From positions 288,001-352,000 of the forward strand of contig CAWDPO010000017.1 in NCBI GenBank assembly GCA_963804165.1: a stretch of 64,000 bases of DNA, given 5' to 3'. Numbering within the stretch: the first letter of the stretch is position 1; each line of letters starts with the position of its first letter. The position numbers and the translations under genes are program-made. Source of the stretch: an uncultured delta proteobacterium. Its GTDB lineage: Bacteria > Desulfobacterota > Binatia > UBA9968. Of the stretch, positions 49,602 to 59,332 are shown piece by piece. The notes below the pieces were generated by a model. The model was not told where the DNA came from, ran no database searches, and was given only the letters and a program-made list of their open reading frames with translations.

Positions 49602-50594
49602 AAGTTCGCTAGTTGTGGCGACCGTCATTGCATTCTTGCGTGAGCTGTTTGATCGGCTTCAAACGCCTTCGCCCAAGCCAAACCTCTCCGCGAGATTAAG
49701 GTTGGCTACCCATTGGGCGGTTCGTCCAGTTATTTCTGGGTTGCGTACCGCTCGGGTTCATTCGAAAAGCACGGCTTGAAGCTCGAACCGATTTACATCA
49801 GGGGCGGGCTTATGGGAATCCAAGCGGCTCTTTCCGGCGACCTGCCTTTGCAGTTGCAAGGGGCGTCTACGGTGGTGGCCGCGTGGGCGCAGGGCGCCAA
49901 GGAGTTTCAATTTATCGGCGCAGTCGGCAATCGGCTGGACTACATTCTGGCGGCGCATCCTTCGATCAAGAGACCCGAGGATCTCAAGGGGAAGCGAATC
50001 GGAGTCAGCCAACTCGGTTCGAGCACGGATTTCATCGCCCGGGTGGCCGTTCGACGGCTTGGGCTCAATCCCGAGAAGGACGTGCAGATCGTCGGCATTG
50101 GCGGCCAGGGAGACCGTTGGACCGCACTCACGGCCGGACAGGTTCAAGCCAGCGTGTTTCAATCTCCGTTCACCTTAAAGGCGCGCAAAGCGGGTTACCC
50201 TACGTTTATCGATTTTTCCAAGGAGGATTTCGAGTACACGGTTGCTGGACCGGTGACTATGCGCTCCTTCATCCGGACCGACAGAGACACTGTCATGAAC
50301 TTCATGCGCGGGTTGGCCGACGGCATGGATTTCTATCGCGACGAGAAAAATAAAGACCGCGTGCTGAAATTTCTAGGTGAATATTACCGTTCCAACAACA
50401 CCGAAGAATTGGATGAAACCCGCCGGACTTACACTCAGGTGACACCGGGATTGCCCTTGATTTCAGTCAAAGCACTGGAGAACGTGATCGCCAACGATAA
50501 GAATCTCAGCGGGATGAAATTGAATGCCAGTGAGTTGTTGGACTTATCTTTCCTTGAACAGTTGGCGCAGGAAAGAAAGGCGAAGGGACGCTAA
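49534..50594 (+). CDS. ABC transporter substrate-binding protein (NMT1/SsuA type); frameshift(s) in signal peptide
   Basis: AGGAG RBS and ATG 49534; mature frame NAFAQAKPLREIKVGYP..., FEKHGL and LKGKRIGVSQLGSSTD. Confidence 0.82.
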
Positions 50595-50605
50595 TAAATT
50601 AACTC

Positions 50606-50783
50606 GGTCAAACCGTTCAAAAAGTTCAAGCCGTTCAAATCGTTCACCCCTCACCTTCCTTTCGACGCGGCCGGACCTTTCTCTCCCCCGCGACGCGGGG
50701 GAGATTCAAAGAGAGGGCTTGAACCCTTCGCAGCTCTCAGGGCAGGCTCCGCGAAGCGATTGAACAGCTTGAACGTCTGGAAC
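50606..50783. repeat. Free GTTCAA/TTGAAC element (9-bp period) with a nested CCCTC...GAGGG REP
   Basis: gttcaa at 50615/50624/50633, gttcac 50642; ttgaac at 50719/50760/50769, tggaac 50778; internal tctccccc-gcgacgc-gggggaga hairpin. Confidence 0.8.
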
Positions 50784-50810
50784 TTAGGGGCCAAGAAAGA
50801 GGTAGGAGCA

Positions 50811-51605
50811 ATGGATTACCAGACAATTCTGTTCGACGTGCGTGATCAGATCGCTTTTGTCACCTTCAACCGGCCGGAGTCGATGAACGCCGTGAACCGG
50901 CAGATGGCAAAGGATCTGGTCGAAGCGTGCCGGCAGATCGAAGACGACAGCGCGATTCGCATCGCGATTTTTACCGGCGCAGGCGAAAAAGCTTTTTCCG
51001 CCGGCATGGATCTGAAAGAGCGATCGGAAACGGCGTCCTCGCCGATCGAGCGGCGCGCGCAGAAACTGTCGGCGACGATCCATACCCAGAGTCGCGCTGT
51101 GGCGGCGATCACCAAACCGACGATCGCCTCGATCCGCGGTTACTGTGTCGGCGGCGGGTTGGAATTCGCCCTGGCATGCGACATGCGCGTCGCCGCCGAA
51201 GACGCCAAGTTGGGACTTGCCGAGGTAAAGCGCGGCTTGATTCCCGGAGCCGGGGGCACGCAAAGATTGTCGCGCACGGTGGGCGTAGCGAAAGCGTTGG
51301 AGATTTGCCTCACCGGCGACAACGTCAGCGGCAGCGAAGCGCTGCGTTTGGGATTGGCTAACATCGTCGTGCCGGCCAACGACGTCATGAAAGCAGCGGA
51401 GGATTTGGCCAACCGCATTCTCAAGGGCGCGCCGATGTCGGTGCTGTTCATTAAAGAAGCGATCAAAAAAGGTATCGAGCTGTCGCTGGACGAGGGCTTT
51501 CGCCTTGAGTCCGATCTATCGGCGTTGATTGGCACCACGGAAGACAGCAAGGAAGGACCGCGCGCCTTCGCGGAAAAACGCGCGCCGGTGTGGAAGGGGA
51601 AGTAA
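50811..51605 (+). CDS. Enoyl-CoA hydratase/isomerase family protein
   Basis: NRPESMNA, AFSAGMDL, GGGLE.ALACD and EVKRGLIPGAGGTQRL motifs. Confidence 0.92.
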   Translation: MDYQTILFDVRDQIAFVTFNRPESMNAVNRQMAKDLVEACRQIEDDSAIRIAIFTGAGEKAFSAGMDLKERSETASSPIERRAQKLSATIHTQSRAVAAITKPTIASIRGYCVGGGLEFALACDMRVAAEDAKLGLAEVKRGLIPGAGGTQRLSRTVGVAKALEICLTGDNVSGSEALRLGLANIVVPANDVMKAAEDLANRILKGAPMSVLFIKEAIKKGIELSLDEGFRLESDLSALIGTTEDSKEGPRAFAEKRAPVWKGK

Positions 51606-51607
51606 GA

Positions 51608-51716
51608 ATTTTAGATTGCCGATTTTGGATTTTGGATTGGGGAGATGAAAATCCAGCAATAAGACACTCGCGTATACTCTCCGACAATCCAAAATCGAAA
51701 ATCTAAAATCCCAAAT
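51608..51716. repeat. Heptamer-period inverted repeat (GATTTTG)n ... (CAAAATC)n, intergenic
   Basis: attttagattgccgattttggattttggattg ... caatccaaaatcgaaaatctaaaatcccaaat. Confidence 0.8.
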
Positions 51717-51726
51717 GGAGTACGCA

Positions 51727-52545
51727 ATGGCGGACGAAAAAGTTTTATACGAAGTCAAAGATAAGATTGCTTGGATCACACTGAATCGGCCGGAATCGTT
51801 GAACGCGGTCAATCGGGACATGGTGAAATCGATTGTCGGTTACTGCCGCGAGGCGAATGAGGATCGCAGCGTTCAGGTCGTAATTTTTAAAGCCAACGGC
51901 GAGCGAGCGTTTTCGGTCGGCGGTGATATTAAGGATCGCGTGCGCGCAAGCGAGGCGGCCGCGACGGTGGAACCGGAGTCGCCGCTGGTGCTGCGCCAAG
52001 CGCGTTCCTCGGCGATTCCCGGCACGCCGGCGCCGGCGATCGCGGCGATTGACAAAATCACCATGGCGTTGCTGCACGGCTACACGGTGGGCACGGGGTT
52101 GTTGATGAGTCTCGCCTGCGATATTCGCATCGCCGCGGAAGGAGCGCGGCTCGGCGTCAGCGAAGTGCGTCTGGGTTTCATGGCGGGCTCCGGCGGCACC
52201 CAGCGCATGGCGCGGCTGATCGGCATTCCGAAAGCGTTGGAAATCTGTCTTTCCGGAGAGCTTTATGACTCCGCGGAATGTCACCGCATCGGCTTGGTGA
52301 ATCAAGTGGTGCCCTACGATCAGCTGATTCCCGCCGGTGAAAAGATGGCTGCGTCGTTCTTGAAGGGCGCGCCGCTGGCGCTGCGCTATATAAAGGAAGC
52401 GATTTACAAAGGCAGCGACATGACGCTGGAGCAGGGACTACGTTATGAGTCCGATCTGCAGAGCATGGTGATGCAGACCGAGGACGCCAAGGAAGGGCCG
52501 AAGGCGTTTGTCGAGAAGCGGCCGGCGGCGTGGAAGGGGAAATAA
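51727..52545 (+). CDS. Enoyl-CoA hydratase/isomerase family protein
   Basis: NRPESLNA, AFSVGGDI, SLACDIRIA and GGTQR motifs; the first catalytic Glu position reads GTGLL. Confidence 0.9.
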   Translation: MADEKVLYEVKDKIAWITLNRPESLNAVNRDMVKSIVGYCREANEDRSVQVVIFKANGERAFSVGGDIKDRVRASEAAATVEPESPLVLRQARSSAIPGTPAPAIAAIDKITMALLHGYTVGTGLLMSLACDIRIAAEGARLGVSEVRLGFMAGSGGTQRMARLIGIPKALEICLSGELYDSAECHRIGLVNQVVPYDQLIPAGEKMAASFLKGAPLALRYIKEAIYKGSDMTLEQGLRYESDLQSMVMQTEDAKEGPKAFVEKRPAAWKGK

Positions 52546-52549
52546 GATA

Positions 52550-52653
52550 GTTCAAGGTTCAAGGGTTCAAGGTTCAAAGTCAGAGTGCCACGGTTGACAT
52601 TGCCATCGGATCGGGTTTCCGACCTTGAACTTTGAACGCTTGAACCTTTGAAC
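52550..52653. repeat. Free-standing GTTCAA/TTGAAC element (4+4 units, 47-nt spacer)
   Basis: gttcaa at 52550/52557/52565/52572; ttgaac at 52625/52632/52640/52648. Confidence 0.9.
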
Positions 52654-52717
52654 ATTCTGCGAATGCGCAAAGGGTTTGGTTTGCGGCCGTAAACCCAATA
52701 GTCAGGTAGAAGTAACC

Positions 52718-54256
52718 ATGGGCACAAGTATCCCAATGCTGATGGGCGACGGATTGCGTCGCAATGCGTGGAAGTATCCGCTCAAAGTTGCCGCGAAAGA
52801 CCGGTCCGGGCAAATCACCTACGGCGAGCTCAACGCGCGCGTGAATCGGCTGGCACACGGGCTGCTTTCGCTCGGGGTGCGCAAGGGCGACGCGGTGGCG
52901 TTGTCGGTGGGGAATCGGATCGAGCATTTGGAAATCATTTTCGCCATCGCCAAGATCGGCGCACTCGCGATTCCTCTCGATGTTAAATGGAAGGCGCTGG
53001 AGCTCGCATCGGTGGTTTCGGCGTTCGAGCCGCGATTCATCATTCTTCAGGAAAACTGCGCCGATGAATTCGCCAAGGCAAAAGAACTCAAGGATCTGGG
53101 TTTTCTCAAACCGGTGTCGCTGTCGTCCGACCGAAGTTATGGCGGGCTTCTCGTCGGCCAGAGTCCGGAGGAGCCCGACGTCAATGTGAGCGAAGACGAT
53201 CCGTTTGCCGTTATGCTCACGTCAGGAACCACAGGATTTCCCAAAGGCTGTCTGACGACACAGCGGACATTTGTTTTTCACTGTATCAATAACGCGATCG
53301 AAAAGGGCTTGGGCGCGCATGATACCGCGATTCTCTCGTCGCCGATCTACTTCAACGCCGGCCGCTCGTTCACGATCGGGATTATCTACTTCGGCGGCAC
53401 GATGATCTTGCACGAACGTTTCGACGCCGAGGAGGTTTTACGGACCGTCGAGCGCGAAAAAGTAACCTACATCGGCGCGGTGCCGACGATGTGCGAGCGC
53501 ATGCTACATGTCTTGGAATCCAAGAAATACGACACGAGCACACTGCGCTGTCTCGCGATTACCGGCGGCAAGGTTCATCCGGCGGTGCTCGAGCGCTTGA
53601 AGAAAGAAATTACGCCGAACATTTACCGCACCTACGCTTCGACGGATTCGGGGCAGATGGCGATTTCGAAGCCCGGCGATATGGACGCAAAGCCGAATTC
53701 CGCGGGTCGGCCGGTCTGGTGTGTAGATCTGCGGATTGTCGACGACGCCAACCATTCCATGAAAGTCGGTGAAGTCGGCGAGATCATCTGTCAGAGTCCG
53801 CTCGCAACCCACGGCTATTACAAGAACGCCGAAGCAACCAACGCTTCGTTCCGGGACGGCTGGTTTTACACAGGCGACCTCGGCTATTTCGATGAAGACG
53901 GTTACCTCTTCGTCGCCGGCCGCAAGAAAGACATGGTAAAGAGCGGCGGCATCAGCGTTTACCCGTTGGAGATCGAAAGTGTCATCTACAGCCACCCGGC
54001 GATCCTGGAGGCCGCCGTCATCGGTGTACCCGATCCGCAGTGGGGCGAGGCTGTGAAAGCGGTAGTGGTTATCAAACCGGACGCGAATCTTGAAGCGAAA
54101 GACCTGCTCGGCTTCTGCAAGGAGCGGCTGTCGGCGTACAAAGTGCCCAAGTCGGTTGAGTTTCGTTCCTCGCTACCGCACACGGAAGTCGGTAAGGTCA
54201 ATAAAGTTAAATTGAAGGAAATGATTCTAGCAGGAAGCGAAAGCTTGAAAAGCTGA
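52718..54256 (+). CDS. AMP-dependent acyl-CoA synthetase
   Basis: TSGTTGFPKG, GWFYTGDLG, GRKKDMVKSGG and YKVPK motifs. Confidence 0.93.
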   Translation: MGTSIPMLMGDGLRRNAWKYPLKVAAKDRSGQITYGELNARVNRLAHGLLSLGVRKGDAVALSVGNRIEHLEIIFAIAKIGALAIPLDVKWKALELASVVSAFEPRFIILQENCADEFAKAKELKDLGFLKPVSLSSDRSYGGLLVGQSPEEPDVNVSEDDPFAVMLTSGTTGFPKGCLTTQRTFVFHCINNAIEKGLGAHDTAILSSPIYFNAGRSFTIGIIYFGGTMILHERFDAEEVLRTVEREKVTYIGAVPTMCERMLHVLESKKYDTSTLRCLAITGGKVHPAVLERLKKEITPNIYRTYASTDSGQMAISKPGDMDAKPNSAGRPVWCVDLRIVDDANHSMKVGEVGEIICQSPLATHGYYKNAEATNASFRDGWFYTGDLGYFDEDGYLFVAGRKKDMVKSGGISVYPLEIESVIYSHPAILEAAVIGVPDPQWGEAVKAVVVIKPDANLEAKDLLGFCKERLSAYKVPKSVEFRSSLPHTEVGKVNKVKLKEMILAGSESLKS

Positions 54257-54463
54257 TCGCGAGAGCTTGGGGAGATTTTTCGTCGGGCGAGACTGTGTGA
54301 AAACACGTTCATGGTTGGATTGGGCTCACTGCGAACGGTGTGGTTTAACGGAAAAATGAGTATTTATCCGTTCGCCCGGAGCAGCAAAAGGGTGCGAAGC
54401 GTTGAACGGACCATTGGCGGCTGTAGGAATATTAGATCATCGCAACTGAAAGGAGACCTGATC

Positions 54464-55546
54464 ATGAAGTTTCTAGGCGGAGCTTGGTTATTCCTTTTTT
54501 CCGGATTGGTTTTGCTTGTTGCTCCTGCTTTCGCGGCGGAAAAGGCATTTTACCAAGGAAAGACTATAACTTTCCTGATTAACTTTTCCGCCGGCGGCCC
54601 GACTGATATCGAAGGCAGAATCGTGGCGCGCCATCTCGCCCGGCATATTCCCGGAAATCCGACGATCGTGGTGCAAAATATGTCCGGTGCGGGCGGAGTC
54701 ACGGGCATTAATTTTCTCGGCGAGAAGGCTAAGCAAGACGCTCTCACGCTGGGCTATTTTACCGGGCCCTACAATCACCACATGATGAAAAGTTCGACGT
54801 TGAGGATCGATCTGATGAAGGTGCCGTTCATCGCTGCGGTGGGGAGCGTGACGGTCTGCTACATACGGTCCGATGTTCCGCCGGGGATCAAGAAACCCAC
54901 GGACATCGCCAAAGCGGAGCGTTTCAGAGCCGGCGGCTTGTCATTCGACAGCAACAAGGACCTGCGTTTCCGGCTTGCCTTCGACATCCTTGGACTCAAG
55001 TACGATTACGTGACCGGTTACAACAGCAGCAACGACGCGCGGCTGGCTGTGCAGCGCAACGAGATTCAATACCATGATGAAAACATTCCGGGATACCGCG
55101 GCGTCGTCGAGCCGCAACTGGTGAAGACCGGCATTGTCACGCCGCTCTACTATCACGATGTCGTCAAACCCGATGGGACCATGGGAAAGAGCCCGGACTA
55201 CCCCGAGCTCAATTCATTTACCGAGGTGTACATGCAAATTCACGGCAACGCGCCGACCGGGATCAAATACGAAGTGCTCAAAGCGGCGAATATGGCCAGC
55301 CAGAATCTCAGCCGCGTGGCTTTGTTGCCGCCGAATTCTCCCAAAGAAGCGGTCGTTGCAGTGCGGCAGGCTTTTGCTTCGCTTTCCAAGGACGAAGAAT
55401 TCCTCGCGGAAGGTAAGAAGGTCATGCGCTTCCAGCCGCGCTTTGAGGTCGGCGAAGATGGCGAGAGACTCCGGGAAAGGGTGCTGAAGGCGCCCCCGGA
55501 GGTTGTCGATTTCGTGCGGCAATTTATCGAGCAGGCGAGGAAATAA
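54464..55546 (+). CDS. tctC: TctC/Bug-family substrate-binding protein (divergent, outside the array)
   Basis: FYQGK, FSAGGPTD and QNMSGAGG motifs; AAGGAG RBS. Confidence 0.85.
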   Translation: MKFLGGAWLFLFSGLVLLVAPAFAAEKAFYQGKTITFLINFSAGGPTDIEGRIVARHLARHIPGNPTIVVQNMSGAGGVTGINFLGEKAKQDALTLGYFTGPYNHHMMKSSTLRIDLMKVPFIAAVGSVTVCYIRSDVPPGIKKPTDIAKAERFRAGGLSFDSNKDLRFRLAFDILGLKYDYVTGYNSSNDARLAVQRNEIQYHDENIPGYRGVVEPQLVKTGIVTPLYYHDVVKPDGTMGKSPDYPELNSFTEVYMQIHGNAPTGIKYEVLKAANMASQNLSRVALLPPNSPKEAVVAVRQAFASLSKDEEFLAEGKKVMRFQPRFEVGEDGERLRERVLKAPPEVVDFVRQFIEQARK

Positions 55547-55595
55547 TTGGCTTGCAGGAATTCATCAAGCATGAACGAAAGGTGATACATCACGG

Positions 55596-56465
55596 ATGAA
55601 TCTAGAACCGAGACGACGATACTTTGATCATGATGGATTGCGATTGCATTATTGGGAGTGGGGCGATGCCAGTGCGGAGACGTACATTTTCGTTCACGGC
55701 GTGCGCGACCAGGGACGGAGCTGGGATCATTTTCTCGACGCATTGCTCAAGCGCGGCGTGCCGATCCAGCACGCCGTCGCCATCGACCTTCGAGGCCACG
55801 GCGACAGCGACTGGCCGGGCACCAGCCGCGGTTATCAGCACGAGGATTTTCTCTCCGACCTGGCCGGATTGCTCAAACATCTCGACAAGGAACCGATAAC
55901 TCTCATCGGTCACTCGCTCGGCGGCAGCATGTGTCTGCTCTACGCCGCGGCGTTTCCAGAAAAAGTGCAGCGCATGGTGCTGCTCGAATCGCTCGGCCCG
56001 TTCGCGCGCGCCGACGACGAGGTGCCGAACATTATCGCTGAGAGATTGAAAGGTCGCGACTACGTCGAGATTCCCTTTCCCCATGAAACGCTGGAGTCCG
56101 CTGCCAAGTCGCTGCAAAAAACCTTTCCACTGATTCCCGACGCCGCGGCGCTGCACATGGCGTGCCACGGCACGAGCTTCAAAGGCGGACGATACCGCTG
56201 GAAGCACGATCCGATCCTGCGCTACCGCACGACGACCGCGATGTCGGAAGGACAGATCGAAGCGTTTATCCGACGGTTGAAATGTCCGATCCTGTTTGTC
56301 TACGGCACTGAGAGCGATTTCATGAAATCCGTGCGCGGCCACCGCGCGCAACTTTTTCCCAACGCCAAGATCGTTCCAGTCGAAGGCGCCGGCCATCACA
56401 TTCCGCATGAGAAGCCGGAGGAATTGGCGGAGATCGTCGTGCCGTTCTTAATCAGCGGGGAATAG
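55596..56465 (+). CDS. Alpha/beta hydrolase
   Basis: HG, DLRGHGDS, GHSLGG nucleophile elbow and AGHH motifs. Confidence 0.92.
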   Translation: MNLEPRRRYFDHDGLRLHYWEWGDASAETYIFVHGVRDQGRSWDHFLDALLKRGVPIQHAVAIDLRGHGDSDWPGTSRGYQHEDFLSDLAGLLKHLDKEPITLIGHSLGGSMCLLYAAAFPEKVQRMVLLESLGPFARADDEVPNIIAERLKGRDYVEIPFPHETLESAAKSLQKTFPLIPDAAALHMACHGTSFKGGRYRWKHDPILRYRTTTAMSEGQIEAFIRRLKCPILFVYGTESDFMKSVRGHRAQLFPNAKIVPVEGAGHHIPHEKPEELAEIVVPFLISGE

Positions 56466-56468
56466 CTC

Positions 56469-56586
56469 GTTCCAGACGTTCCAATCGTTCCAGCGGTTCC
56501 AGTCGTCTCGGAAGAATACATTGCTTATGTTATCTTCACGTCTTGTCCACGAGTGGAACGTTTGGAACCATTGGAACGACTGGAAC
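56469..56586. repeat. Free GTTCCA/TGGAAC variant element (4+4 units, 9-bp period, 52-nt spacer)
   Basis: gttcca at 56469/56478/56487/56496; tggaac at 56554/56563/56572/56581. Confidence 0.88.
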
Positions 56587-56609
56587 CACCAGTAACGAGC
56601 GAGGTGACT

Positions 56610-57062
56610 ATGTATCTGTCAGCGCAGAAAATTGCCGCAATGGAAGGCGTGCGTAGAGTCCACAATCTGAATCCGGCGGCGATTCGGATAGACAAGTCCC
56701 TCGGTGACGAAGTTGGCTTAACAAACATCGGTATTCATCTAATCACGATCGCGCCGGGGGATAAATCGACGGAATTTCATTCGCATAAGTACGAAGAAGA
56801 AGCGATTTACGTGTTGTCGGGTCATGGGACCGAAGTCATGGGCGATACGAGCCAAAAGATCGGGCCGGGAGATTTCATCGGCTTTCCCGCGGGCGGCGTC
56901 GCGCATGAGACGATCAACGACGGTTCAGAGCCGTTGGTTTGTCTCGTGATCGGACAGCGACTGGCACAGGATGTCGTCGACTATCCGCGCAAGGGCAAGC
57001 GGCTCTACCGCAACAGCGGGCAGCGGGATTTGGTTGACGTCGCCAATGTGGCAAAGCGCTAA
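56610..57062 (+). CDS. Cupin domain protein
   Basis: H.H..EEE..YVLSG, GDFIGFPAG..AH...N and DVVDYP motifs; GAGGTG RBS. Confidence 0.9.
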   Translation: MYLSAQKIAAMEGVRRVHNLNPAAIRIDKSLGDEVGLTNIGIHLITIAPGDKSTEFHSHKYEEEAIYVLSGHGTEVMGDTSQKIGPGDFIGFPAGGVAHETINDGSEPLVCLVIGQRLAQDVVDYPRKGKRLYRNSGQRDLVDVANVAKR

Positions 57063-57099
57063 GTGTGCTTGCTCACGTTTCCCAAGAGAGGCTTAAGCC

Positions 57100-58065
57100 G
57101 TGCTGATCAACTGCGTCGCGTACCGTGACGGAAAAAAACTGGCTGATATTCCGGTCAGCCAGATTCATCTGTTCGTTAACGAGCCCGGCTGCTTCGTCTG
57201 GGTAGCCATTAAGGATCCTGATCCCGGGGAACTCGAAGCGATGCAGAAGGAATTCGGTCTGCACGACCTCGCCGTCGAGGACGCGCAGCACGGCCATCAG
57301 CGGCCGAAAATCGACGAGTACGGCCAGTCGCTTTTCATCGTCCTGCATATGATTGAAAGCAGCGGCGAGGAATTGAACGTCGGCGAAGTCTGCATCTTTG
57401 TCGACAGCAATTACGTTCTCTCGGTCCGGCACCGATCGCAACAAGGATTTGTCGACGTGCGCAAGCGATGTGAACAGGAGCCTGAACTGTTGCGTCACGG
57501 CTCGGCTTATGTGCTGTACGCGTTGATGGACGCGGTGGTGGACCGCTATTTTCCCGTGCTCGATGCCATCGAGACGGAGTTGGAACAGGTCGAGGATCGC
57601 ATTTTTGCCAAGCAAACCGAACGGGCGAGCATCGAAGCGCTCTATTGCATCAAGCAAAAGCTCATGACGCTGAAGCATGCGACCGAGCCGCTGCTCGAAG
57701 CGATGGGCAGGCTGCACGGTGGGCGGGTGCCGCAGCTCTGCGCCGGTCTGCAGGATTACTTTCGGGATGTTTCGGATCATCTGGTCCGATTGAGTCAGTC
57801 CATCGAGAGCCTGCGCGAAATGGTGACGACGGCGGTTTCGGCCAGCTTGTCGTTGATTACTTTGCAAGAAAATGAAGTGACCAAGCGTCTCGCGGCGTAT
57901 GCCGCGCTGGTGGCCGTGCCGACTTTGATCGCCGGCATCTACGGCATGAATTTGAGCACATGCCGGAAATCCAGTGGCAGCATGGCTACCCGGTATGCAC
58001 TTATCTCCATGGTCGTCATCGATCTTTTTCTCTTCTATCGCTTTCGCAAAGCGAAGTGGCTGTAA
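57100..58065 (+). CDS. corA: Magnesium/cobalt transporter CorA (compensating frameshifts after GMN)
   Basis: FGLH.LAVEDA, QRPK, DYFRDV.DH, PTLIAGIYGMN and FRKAKWL motifs. Confidence 0.9.
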   Translation: MLINCVAYRDGKKLADIPVSQIHLFVNEPGCFVWVAIKDPDPGELEAMQKEFGLHDLAVEDAQHGHQRPKIDEYGQSLFIVLHMIESSGEELNVGEVCIFVDSNYVLSVRHRSQQGFVDVRKRCEQEPELLRHGSAYVLYALMDAVVDRYFPVLDAIETELEQVEDRIFAKQTERASIEALYCIKQKLMTLKHATEPLLEAMGRLHGGRVPQLCAGLQDYFRDVSDHLVRLSQSIESLREMVTTAVSASLSLITLQENEVTKRLAAYAALVAVPTLIAGIYGMNLSTCRKSSGSMATRYALISMVVIDLFLFYRFRKAKWL

Positions 58066-58149
58066 GGTTCAGTTTCAGAGGTTCAGTATGCGATTGTGCG
58101 GCATTCCTTCGGAAAATCTCCCCTTCCTTTCTCTGACGCCGTGCCGCGA

Positions 58150-58252
58150 TGTCATCCTGAGGCCCTTCGATGTTCTCAGGATAAACTCCGCCGAAGGATC
58201 TCGGCTTTGTAAGTCGGGCATGCGAGATTCTTCGCTGACGCTCAGAATGACA
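58150..58252. repeat. REP-like element TGTCATCCTGAG...CGAAGGATCTC...GAGATTCTTCG...CTCAGAATGACA
   Basis: Nested inverted repeats; family shared with 4968, 10106, 60535 and 63151. Confidence 0.75.
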
Positions 58253-58414
58253 TCGAAGCGACTTTCTTCCCTGCGATACGATCTTATTTTCAAAAAGGGC
58301 TAGTGCCTCGCGGAGACTCTCGATCATACGCAGACATTAGTTTTTCGTCCCATTGCGTTTGATGACTCACCTCAAGTTCTGATAGGGAACACGATAGATA
58401 TGGGGAGGACGGTT

Positions 58415-59233
58415 ATGGCTGAACTGACGACGGTTCTACAAAAGATCGATGAAGCGAGCGGGGTCGCTTGGTTGACGTTCAACCGGCCGGAGAAAAAAAA
58501 CGCCATGAGCCAGAAGTTCATGGCGGAATTGATCGCTGCGTTGAAAGAATTGGCCGAGAACGACAAGATCAAGTGCGTCGTGACGACCGGCTCGGGCGAC
58601 TCGTATTCCTCGGGGCTCGATCTTTATGATCTGCGCGAGTCGTGGAAGCGCAAACGAAATTGGGAACACGCCGGCACGACGTACGAGATCGTCAGGCTGC
58701 TGCGCAACATGCCGCAGGTTACGGTGGCGGCCGTGCGCGGCTGGTGTCTCGGCGGCGGTTTGGCGCTGATCAACGGTCACGATCTGTGCATCGCGGCGGA
58801 GTCGGCAAAGTTCGGCATGCCGGAGGTGATCCGCGGCAGTTACGGCGCGGTGGCGACTTCGACGCTGTTCCACAGCGGTATTCCGATCAAGAAGGCCTTT
58901 TATATTCAACTGACGGGGCGCAATCTCACCGCAGCGCAGGCCGAGCGGATCGGACTCGTCTCCGAGGTCGTGCCGGACGATCAGTTGGTGGAGAACGTCG
59001 AACAGCTGGCCAAAGAACTGGGCAGCCGCAACGCCGTGACCTTGGAGAGCGCGAAGATCGCCGCCTACATGCAGAAGGATATGGATTTTCAGATGGCGCT
59101 CAAGACGGATGACCTGGTGTCGCACCGCATGCGTTACTACACCAATCCGCTGAACGACGTGGAAGGTTATCTCCATTCGCAAAAGGGCGGCGGCACGACT
59201 GGGTATGTCAAGCCGGAGGATCGGAAGAAATAG
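58415..59233 (+). CDS. Enoyl-CoA hydratase-family protein, hydroxycinnamoyl-CoA hydratase-lyase-like
   Basis: NRPEKKNAMS, GLDL, GWCLGGG and FGMPE motifs; GGAGG RBS. Confidence 0.8.
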   Translation: MAELTTVLQKIDEASGVAWLTFNRPEKKNAMSQKFMAELIAALKELAENDKIKCVVTTGSGDSYSSGLDLYDLRESWKRKRNWEHAGTTYEIVRLLRNMPQVTVAAVRGWCLGGGLALINGHDLCIAAESAKFGMPEVIRGSYGAVATSTLFHSGIPIKKAFYIQLTGRNLTAAQAERIGLVSEVVPDDQLVENVEQLAKELGSRNAVTLESAKIAAYMQKDMDFQMALKTDDLVSHRMRYYTNPLNDVEGYLHSQKGGGTTGYVKPEDRKK

Positions 59234-59237
59234 ATTT

Positions 59238-59266
59238 GTTCAAGGGTTCAAGGTTCAAAAGTTCAA
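59238..59266. repeat. Solo 4x GTTCAA arm
   Basis: gttcaa at 59238/59246/59253/59261, 4 nt after the stop codon. Confidence 0.8.
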
Positions 59267-59332
59267 GGGTTGTCGGAAGCAACGGTGGCTTACCATTGAG
59301 TCAGCCCTGGGCTCTCGACATTGGAGGATTGT

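Noticed and set aside
50760-50810. TTG start giving MNSLNVWN extension on the enoyl-CoA hydratase
   Set aside because: It derives from the repeat arm; AGGAG precedes ATG 50811.
52550-52653. LexA/SOS-box reading of the GTTC repeats
   Set aside because: Periods are 7-9 bp and do not fit GTTC-N7-GTTC or GAAC-N4-GTTC; flanking genes are not DNA-repair genes.
56553-56609. N-terminal extension MERLEPLERLEP on the cupin
   Set aside because: It is the 9-bp-period right arm of the repeat; a good RBS (GAGGTG) supports ATG 56610.
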